This document shows positions 54,865 through 64,000 of a DNA stretch of 64,000 nt, piece by piece. Source of the DNA: Lingula anatina (taxonomy: Eukaryota > Animalia > Brachiopoda); contig CM120645.1 in the NCBI GenBank assembly GCA_051362555.1, forward strand, positions 16,306,001 to 16,370,000, written 5' to 3'. The position numbers were made by a program, and so were the translations under genes. A model generated the notes under the pieces. The model ran no database searches. It was not told the DNA's origin and saw nothing but the letters and a program-made list of their open reading frames with translations. Each line of letters begins with the position of its first letter. The first letter of the stretch is position 1.

Positions 54865-55082
54865 CAGAACTTGGCAAAAGACGAAAAATATAATTTTTTA
54901 TGGATATATTAGCAGACACGTAGCCAGGGAGAAGGTACTCTTTCTCAGCTGGGTCATGGGAGTTCATTTTTAATGTAAACTGATGAAGTCCACTTGGAAA
55001 GCGATTTTTAAATGATCGGTTACATTTGGAACTAGCTGATCTTCCCATAACAACATTAACATACTTAGTGTTCAGGATGGTA
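54865..55082 (-). other. Candidate exon of an unidentified (possibly pseudogenised) gene
   Basis: A strong polypyrimidine acceptor TTTCTCTCTTTCCTTTCCAG precedes an open frame TILNTKYVNVVMGRS...IFRLLPSS and a GTAACT donor. No domain was recognised. Confidence 0.3.
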
Positions 55083-56608
55083 CTGGAAAGGAAAGAGAGA
55101 AATATCTGAACGATTGCAGAAGACAGGTCAGCCCAGTGTCATCGATTATGCTGTCATCATATTCTTCTGACTACGCATTACGAGCTCTGGATTCGTTTCT
55201 GCGGTAACACAGCACAGACTTCGTATTCTACTGACTTGCCACTTACCGTTGAATTTAACGTCTTTGTATGCCAGCAGAGAGGTAAAATATTGATAATAAA
55301 AATCCTACTATGACAGGTACTAGAATCGTTTATGGGTTTGGGAAAGGGGCCCTCCAAGAGCGTCTACACTAGGTTGAAAGTAGGCTATCTGGAGGGGCCT
55401 GGGAGCCTCCTGATCTTCTTTTGCTGTTTTGAGTATACATTTTAATTTTAATAACACCATTGAATATTCCAAAAACGATTCTGATCCCTAGAAATCAGTG
55501 CCGTGTTTTGAAAGACTATTCTGGCAACCCAAAAATAGTGTCTTTTTTTAAGCCCAATAACTTGAAACAAGGCCGTTTTTAAAGTGATGTTTTAATTAAA
55601 TGAATTTACAGCCAGCGACATGCCAATGAGCCAGAGAGTGCAGATCCTTCGTCAGTTCATTCCTCGGTATACTGAGAGGGCAACTTCTGTTCACTCAACA
55701 AGCCAGGGGCAGCAACCTTTATACCTGTACAGAAAACGATTATTTTAGAGTGACTAAATAATGAAAACGATTCAGGCACACAAGTTCTGTTATTTTTCGT
55801 GCAGAGCACATGGACAAATGTCAGTATGGTACCGTGTTTCTGACAGTTGAAGTGCCACAACGAAAAAATTTCGTCCAAGTGCTGGTTGGTGTAGTACTAC
55901 CTTACTTTCTTTAGTGTTAAAAAATTTGACCTTCCAACAAAATCCTTTATTTTCCCAACCATAATAATAGCTCATATCATTGGAGAACCGCCTTACATAA
56001 TTTTACAACAATATAATATATATTCTTATTTGTTATGCCATTGTCCATGCATATTACCTTATCTTTAAACGATATTATACGGAGTAAACTTCTCTCTTTA
56101 AGTCTTCAAATCCTTTAATGCCTTTCTTGGGATTTTTTACTTCAGTTTGAAGAACTTCTTGAGGTGGTGTTTCTGAAATGCGTGCTGCAGAAATGTATGC
56201 CGCAGAGTGCTTTGCCAGGTCAGCCTGATTCAGATTCGGATTCACGATTTATTGTAGATGGTATATACACATCAAACATGTAAGACTTACATCAAACACC
56301 TTTACTTTGTAGAAGCACTGTTAGGTTTAAGACTGATAATGACTCTCAAGTGAATAATTTACTGAATCATGTATTTGACTCCATTAGTCATGTAGCTGAC
56401 CTGAAACCCCCAAGTAAGAATAGTCACTCAATAGAAAACTCAGTGATGTCTATACGCCAATGTGACACATTTTAAAAGAACATTTGTTGAAAAATAAGGA
56501 AACAGTTACTAAAATCAGTATGCACACTAAGTATTAACCTATCTCAATATGGTACCTGTGTAATTGTTTGGTCATAGCCTTTGTAAAATTGTGCTAGAAC
56601 TAATAAAG

Positions 56609-56649
<41 letters not shown>
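56609..56649. repeat. (TTA)n microsatellite
   Basis: Read directly from the sequence. Confidence 0.95.
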
Positions 56650-56650
<1 letters not shown>

Positions 56651-58704
56651 AAATCGGCCTGCTGTATTACTTACAACATCGATTTTTCAAGTTAGTATGC
56701 AGTTCGATCGTGCAGCTCTTCTTTGTGATCTTAAGGATATCGTCACCCTTTGCCCCAAACTCCTTATTTACTGCCATGCATACATTCTTTTGGGTAATGA
56801 ATGAGTCTTCGGTGTTCATGCAGTGACTAAATTAAGTGACATTTACACATATGTCATCTTACACGTGACGCAATAATCACGATTTGGGGGTAAAAACTGA
56901 AAAATCAGTTTCTCAAATTTAACCTGAAATTTAACCTTTAACCTGAGCATCCATGATCACCGTTTTAACGTCATTTTAATGACACTATTTAGTACAGCCT
57001 GCCAGTGATTTTTCATAGAATTCTTAGTTCAGATTTCACCGTTGATAAAGAAAAAATGCCTTTGTTTAATGAAAATCTGTAAATAGGAACTCATAACCCA
57101 TAACAAAAACATGTAAATCAAACTGACGGCACAGACTTGAAGTCTGGGCAACTTCGTTCTTCAACAGTGGCGACGGTATAAACAGATAGCAAGCCCTTTT
57201 TATTAATTTACTTATTTATTTTACTTTGTTTAAATCGAAGATAGTAACGCGCCATAGGGTTTTCTTCACACACCGCTCAGTTCGCAGTGTTTAAACGATA
57301 AACTGTCGCCTTGTCACAGACTACGTGGAATGTGAAATTTTATAATTTCGCTGTCCTTGGGCGATACTGGCTATAGGAACCACTAAAGAAGTTAAATGCG
57401 CGTAGGTACTGGGTTTTCTTTTATTTGGTGGAGATAAACGCTCATCGCCAGTCGCACCTCACTCCGTCCACTCCCAATTCTGGTTTCTCAGCGTCAGGAC
57501 CGTTACATATAGTGTCTGGTTGCCACAATCGTTTTGAAAATAACTAAATGAATTTCTGGGTGCCAGGTTCCTTTTACGAAAACCGATGGTAGCGTTGATT
57601 GTTCTTTTGTTTGTTTGTTTGTTTGTTTGTTTGTTTTTCGACAAACAGGATTTTTTAAAGAATCGTTTTATGAAAAATTTAATTAAGCTAATTTTTTTCT
57701 CCAGACAGAAGTCTTGCATCGCAGGTCACCACCCCCTTCACCTCTCCTCACCCCCCCCCCTTTCATACACACAAAGAACACTTCGTCAAAAACGACACTA
57801 GCTTTTCAGTGACAGAGTCGTTTTTTCGATTGCATTTAATCAAACTTAGCACCCCCACCCACCCAGCAAAACGAGTCACCCAAGGCCAGTTAATCCTCCC
57901 CCACCGACCTACTATACATATATCAAATCGCAGACAACGAGCCCTCCTACGCAGCGGAAAGAAACAGTGATACCCAGACACCGTAGACACCGATTTGGCC
58001 TCCCTGCACGGCGGTTGTTTCTGACACCCCCTCACACATACACACCCAAATGATTCTAGCAACTAAGTATAGTAATGTTAATTTTCCACGTTGCAGTAGA
58101 AAGAAAGAACGTTTACTATTTTGTTGCCCAAATGTTTATTCGTGCAGTCTTAATTTACAATTATAAGGCTTCTTATCATGTCACATTCCCATACCACGAT
58201 GCATCAAAGTTCTCTGGTTTTCAAAAACTTTATATTTTAACTTTCTCTTCAGTTTACTTTCACTTCTTAGGTAATGGTGGGATGTTTTACGCTCTGACAC
58301 AATATATTTTGCTAGGTTCCTTCTTTAAAAATGTGCAGTGAATATTTTCTTGAGTTAATGAAATTTTAAAAAAGCATTTCCCCTACACCAACAAAACATT
58401 ACATCACTGTTCAATATTGTGATTTATATAAGGTTAGGACGTATGCTAATCATATATAAAATTTAAACAGTAAGTCTTAAAGTTGCCTGTTTATCCCCAT
58501 ACAAAACCAAATGCCATCACTGTACACAAGCTAGCGTACGTTTCTAACAGTTAGAGCTTTTCTAGATAAAATACAGTATATACATGTATGTGTTTCCAAA
58601 GAAAATTCAATGAAAATACGAAGGTTATTATGTGAAAATAGTGGTGTACAAGTTAATGGACTAAAAGAATTGCCGCGGAAAAAGCAAATCTTAAGAATTA
58701 GTTT

Positions 58705-58707
<3 letters not shown>

Positions 58708-58744
<37 letters not shown>
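58708..58744. repeat. (CA)n microsatellite
   Basis: Read directly from the sequence. Confidence 0.95.
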
Positions 58745-58747
<3 letters not shown>

Positions 58748-59000
58748 CATAGATAAATGCGAATTCAAAGATGAATCATTATTAGACAGGTACATGGTCT
58801 TCGTATGAATATGTGATTGCCCTGTACAAAATCTAGGAAATTAAATCAACAGCTACATTGCATACTCTATTTAATGAATATCATATTTAAAGATCAAAGT
58901 TCTCCATATTAAATACGTGCCCCATTAATAAAAATACGGTCACTTGTTCTGCCATTCCAGAAAAGGCATTTGTAAACATGTTTGATAGCAATTAACACCA

Positions 59001-59420
59001 TCACACAGTACTTTCTTTTCGGTTCAGTAAATCCATTATTCCATGCATCCGATCTCCCCAGTCTTTTATGGCTATTTCCCCGGAGAGACAATCCCTCATG
59101 GTCTTCTCCCAATATGCCTCCAAGGTCGGGTCCATTTTACCAGTTTCAAACTCTGGGGGGAAGTTGCCCTGCCTAATGCCGGCAATGAAGTCTCCAACTA
59201 CAAGAATTCTCTGGCTTTTGTACACATGTTCATTATGCCATATCTCCCACATCATGAGCCCAAGGGCGTAGATGTTGGCATCTGCATCGTAAGGTTTGGT
59301 GCCATCGAGGACGCCGTGGGGGAGATAAACCATAGACCCTATGAGGGAATTGGGATCTGGGGGTGGGATCGTGGCAGGCTTGCTGATGTTCACTAACTTC
59401 ACAGTTTTACCATTCCCAGC
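59001..59420 (-). CDS. Terminal exon of a protein kinase-like (probably pseudokinase) host gene, subdomains VII-XI
   Basis: Acceptor TTTTATAG at 59421. Reads AGNGKTVKLVNISKP...GSMVYLPHGVL...YDADANIYALGLMMWEIW...MRDCL, ending at the stop at 59001. Upstream exons were not identified. Confidence 0.75.
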   Translation of the reverse strand, partial: AGNGKTVKLVNISKPATIPPPDPNSLIGSMVYLPHGVLDGTKPYDADANIYALGLMMWEIWHNEHVYKSQRILVVGDFIAGIRQGNFPPEFETGKMDPTLEAYWEKTMRDCLSGEIAIKDWGDRMHGIMDLLNRKESTV

Positions 59421-59816
59421 CTATAAAACAAAATACATGTATAAGGCGCCGTTCAAAATGAATTTGATCCCAATTGCTTGCAGGTAGGGACACTTACTCC
59501 ACGGCAGTCCTCGCTGAATGCAATCAGATAAACAGAATAATACACCACCTCTTGGTGTTGAGTAAAACAGAGAGAATACAGTCATCACACAAGTAAGGTT
59601 GGAAACAGAGGATTAAGCAAATGTATCCGTGAAGGCGCATAAGCTATTGCGATCTAACCCCCCCTATCTGAAGAGGTACATGTATGTGTAAACAGGTATG
59701 GGAAAATGTCTAGTAAATTTATTTACATATAAGGCGATTCTATCATATAATCATATTTCTTTTAAATGCATTTACATATTTTCTGTCAATACCAATGTAC
59801 ACCATACAATGTAGGT

Positions 59817-61160
59817 TAAGCCTCGGTCACGGACACACGGCCTCTTACTTGCAATTTGTGTCCAAATTTGGAGCAGAACCTCACGTCCCAAGCAAGTCCT
59901 TCTTAAGAAATTTCGAGTTCGCAGACAGTTCGTAAGCACGTACGGAGGATATTGGACATGTCCAAAAGATTCTATGAGTAAAGCCTCGGTTACAAACGGA
60001 CGCACGAATTTCAGGATCGTACGTCCCCTGCGATTGTTGGGTGTTGCAGAGGCCGTTTAGGTCGCAGAGGTAGAGGAAAATCTGCCTTGCGAGTCGCAAG
60101 GGCCACATGTGATGTCCTTTCAAGCAGGGACGCTAATTGCAAGGTGCAATGGCCGTGGAAATTCCCAGTGTGCTCTCGACTTTGTTCTTTAGTTGTGAGG
60201 GCGTGCGCCTTACTCAACACGCAAAGGGCACTTGCTCCTTCATTGCTTGCGACGTGCGTCTTGCACAACGCGAGTCTCTCTTTCTTTAAGCCTAGGTCCC
60301 AACAACGTTTTGGACGCACGGTTTTTAGGCTCCTTGCGTCCGGCTAAGACGTATCTAGATCGCACGTAGCGGCTGTTGATCATGTCGAAAAGTGTCTACG
60401 TGCTGCTTGCGTCCTCCAAAAGTAGCACGATAGAGGTGCTCCTCGCGCACGATCTCCCACGTTTTCCCCATTTTTTGGCCGTAGACCACACGTGGCAGCC
60501 CGTGCGTTCGGTTGGGATCTAGGCTTAACTCCGGGCGAGGGGAGCAAGTTACGCTTGCGGCCTCGCTGTTCGCAGGCTATTCGTAGAATCTCTTGGACAT
60601 GTCCAACATCCTCCGTACGTGCTTACGGGCTGTCTGCGAAATCAAAATTGCGTAAGAAGGACTTGCGTGAGCCGTGAGATTCTGCGCAAAATTTGGACGC
60701 AAACAGCCCGTAAGAGCCCGTACGGCCGGTTGTGACCGAGGCTTAATTGGCGAACAGCGAGGCCGCAAGCATTATGAAGGAGCAAGTGCCCTTTGCAACT
60801 AACACAGTCAAAATCACACAGGGATTGCGTTGCACGTGCGTCATCCCCATCCCTGGAATATGAAAGGCGTGCTCACGATGCACGCCCGCGTCTCGATATT
60901 GAACGTGTACATCAAAAATTGTTCAATTTAGCTTCTAACATGTATCCAAAAGGCAAAAGAAGCTCAGAGAGCAGAAAAGAAGGGAGGTGGAAGAAGAAAG
61001 TAGGGGAGAACAGGAGGCAAAAGTGACCTATACGCCGTTACGCGTAGCATACTCGTCGTAAGTGATCAGTGCGCAGGTGGCAAGACAAACTCAAGAAAAC
61101 AGTATACTGTTTCCACGGCCCTTGCACCTTGCAACTGACGTCCCTGCTTGAAAGAACATC
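59817..61160. mobile_element. Modular PIF/Harbinger-like repeat, cluster 2
   Basis: Same modules as 22328-24297 in a different order. AAGCCTCGGT[CT]AC-type ends occur at 59818, 59981 and (reverse) ~60744. Confidence 0.7.
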
Positions 61161-61443
61161 TCACAGCAAGGTAGACTTGTGCCTTTACTTTTAAACCTTT
61201 GTTCTACCTCTACGAAGTCCACATCTGTTAAGCCTCTCTGGTCCTCAAATCAAATTCGGCCCCTTGGTTTTAAACTGTGAACTGTAAATGTCCATCATGA
61301 CGTGTACTAACGTGTAACCCAAACGTGTCCTTGGCTGAGTCTGATATGTTCTCCAATTTTTCAAGTTTAAGATTTTAGAGGCTACCAAAGACCGTACGTA
61401 AAGCGAATGTTAGAATGAAATGCATTACTATTGTATTTGCTAT

Positions 61444-62456
61444 ATCATCATCATCATCATCATCATCATTAAGAGCCTATAGTGTTCCACTGTTGGACAA
61501 AGGCCTCAGCATGCTTTTTCCATTGTTTCCTATCCTGAGCCTCAGATTTCCAGTTTGGCCAAGGTTTCTTCTTCCAAGACTTCCAGTAGTCATCTAATTC
61601 ATCCCTCCATCGTTTGACCGGCCTTCCTCTTTTTCTTTGTCCATACCTTTGGGTCCATTCTGTAAGCCTGATTGTCCACCTATTGTCCTTCATTCTTCTG
61701 ACATGTCCTGCCCACCTCCACTTCATTTCTTTTAACTGTGAGCAGTACGTCCTTAACTTTGGTCTGTTCACGTAACCATACATTCGTTTTCCGCTCTCTT
61801 GGACTGATGTTCAACATAATCCTTTCCATCTTTCTCTGAGCTACTTGTAGCTTGTTTTCCATGGAGGCATTCAGTGCTCAGGTCTCTGAACCATAGGTGA
61901 TTGCCGGCAGCACACAAGCATTGAACACTTTCTTTTTCAGGCAGGTAGGAAGGTTGCTCTTGAAGATGTCATTGTGCTTCCCATATGCTGCCCATCCTGC
62001 TTTTATCCTTCGTTTGATTTCTTTTTCCAGTGTTCGATCACTAAGGCTGAACCGTTGCCCAAGGTATATATACTCTTCTACTGCTTCTATCTCTTTGGTG
62101 TTGACCTTCACTGTGCAAGGGGTGGTTAGTGGTCCAAACATCACCTTTGTCTTGCTGGTGTTCATCTTTAGCCCACTTTTTGCGCTTTCATCTGCTAACG
62201 CCTGTAGCATTTCTTCGAGGTCTTTTGCATCATCTGCAACTATTATGATGTCGTCTGCAAACCTTAGGTGATTGAGCCTGGTACCGTCTATATTTATGCC
62301 CTTGTCCTGCCAGTCTAGATCCCTGAATATACGTTCCAATGCTGCTGTGAACAGTTTAGGAGAGATTGTATCTCCTTGGCGTACACCTTTCTTGATCCTG
62401 ATCTTATTGGTGGTCTTGTGTAGTTTGACTGTTACAGAGCTATCGGTGTATATGTC
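61444..62456 (-). mobile_element. 5'-truncated RTE-clade LINE with a (TGA)n tail
   Basis: Motifs KGVRQGDTISPKLF, LRFADDI, YIYLGQ, VLPAITYGSET and KWRWAGHV. Frameshifts occur at ~61878 and ~61745. (TCA)n appears on + at 61444-61468. Confidence 0.93.
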
Positions 62457-64000
62457 AGGGTGGGAGGGGGAGCAGAAGAGAAAAGCGAATAACTGTATAA
62501 GCAATATACTAGGGAATACCCTGCTATTTATATTTTTTTCAATTCTTGCCGAGAAGTATCCGATCGATCGATCGATCTCGCGGATATTTCACATGGTCGT
62601 TTAAACCAATGATTTTTAAATAACCCACACCCCACCCCACCGAACGTCATATAAGCATGTTTCCGAAGAAAACTATATACCAAAGAAAATAATTTAGAGG
62701 CCAAAAGAGAGAGACAGCCAAGGGAACGCTTCTGTATGAATATAGAAAACTGTAGCTTTAATATAGACATAATGAATCAATAAACACAAATTCCTACAGT
62801 ATGAAACAGCTGACCATGTTCGGATTTGATTGATCATGACTGGTTCACATATATGGCGCATACCCGTAAATAAAGAGTATTTACTGTTGTTTTTGGGCCA
62901 TGGAGCCAATCCAAGGGCGAAACACAAATATTCAACGTTAATTGTACATCTAATTTAATTGTTCGAAGACTTTACCAAACCGCATATTTAAGGCCCCTAT
63001 TTTGCGCATTTTATCTCTATTCAACTACATGTATTATGTTATGAAATAACGTTCTGAAATTAAAAAGATGTCAAGTTGAGCCTTTCTTTTGATATACTTT
63101 ATCATGTTTTGTGATTATTTGGCTTGATCTTTTAAGAAGATATATAACTCCCCTCCCCTGCTCACACTTATTTCAACCTGTAAGAATGTTAAGTCTGGCT
63201 CGGGAAATAAAATCTCACTATCTCCACATCTGGTTTCTATCAAGCTCGTTCAAGAGCTTAGGACAAACATAGCTCCTCGGACCAGGAAATCAGGAGAGGG
63301 GAGTAGAGTGGAACATGTCTTCTCAATATGGAAATCTATATATTTTTGGTAATTTCATTTTTTTTACATTTATATGCACTATAACATTCACTTTCTCGAA
63401 TAAATATCATGTTCACACATGTCTGTAACTGTCCCGAATTAGATGAGAGTGTTTTAAACTAAAAACATCTTGTCAATAACCGGTAGCCAGTTAGCCGGCA
63501 GAGTGATTTAGTTATTATGATTAACATTAATTTTTTTTTGTTAATTTCAAACAATCTTTACTGTTTGCACGTATACTTGTACTCTTTACCTGTACTCTGC
63601 GCCATATAATAGTAATGGCGCAAAGTAGTGATACTTGTAAAATCCTATACAATTTTATTTTTTTCGAGTATAAAATTTTATAAAACGTTGAATACAAAAT
63701 TGTTATAAAGACATGAAAGAATCAGGGTGAGCATATATGCTCGGAGTTTTGTCGGAGGGGGATATTTCTCGAGTTCAACTCACTGCCCTGTGAAGCCATA
63801 TTTTTGTGGCCTGAGATGCCGTATCCGTTACTTTGTGACATGACCTGCAAAAAGCAAGTCTGCGCGCGCTCTTTTCTTCTTTCATATCTCTCGCATTAAT
63901 CAAGAAACAGAGTATCAATTCCAGGTGCTCGGGCGGGATGGAAGCATGAAGGGAATTAATCATTATTAGCAGTATCCTTGGGACACAAGGTATATACTCT

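Noticed and set aside
63775-63963. Upstream exon of the kinase-like gene
   Set aside because: It has no kinase motifs, and the splice signals are only suggestive.

Overview
This is AT-rich, intron-containing animal (probably marine invertebrate) genomic DNA made up mostly of nested transposons and tandem repeats. The centrepiece is an apparently intact 7.85-kb ISL2EU-type (PHIS/Harbinger-related) DNA transposon at 37338-45188, with 12-bp TIRs and an AT target-site duplication (TSD). It carries two convergent spliced genes: a THAP-HTH-DDE transposase (4 exons, ~554 aa) and a SAP-SWIM-YqaJ lambda-exonuclease (2 exons, ~596 aa). It sits inside a head-to-tail array of three copies of a ~5.3-kb non-coding TA-targeting TIR element (26889-52215); one junction in this array is a precise end-to-end fusion (ACTG|CAGT) with no TSD. 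A diverged solo copy of that element (6683-12806) holds a relic of a second ISL2EU-like family. Also present are Academ-, hAT-, CACTA/EnSpm- and Harbinger-like non-autonomous elements, truncated L1/Tx1, RTE and Rex1 LINEs, three satellites, and the last exon of a host pseudokinase-like gene. All calls come from reading the sequence by eye; no database searches were run.
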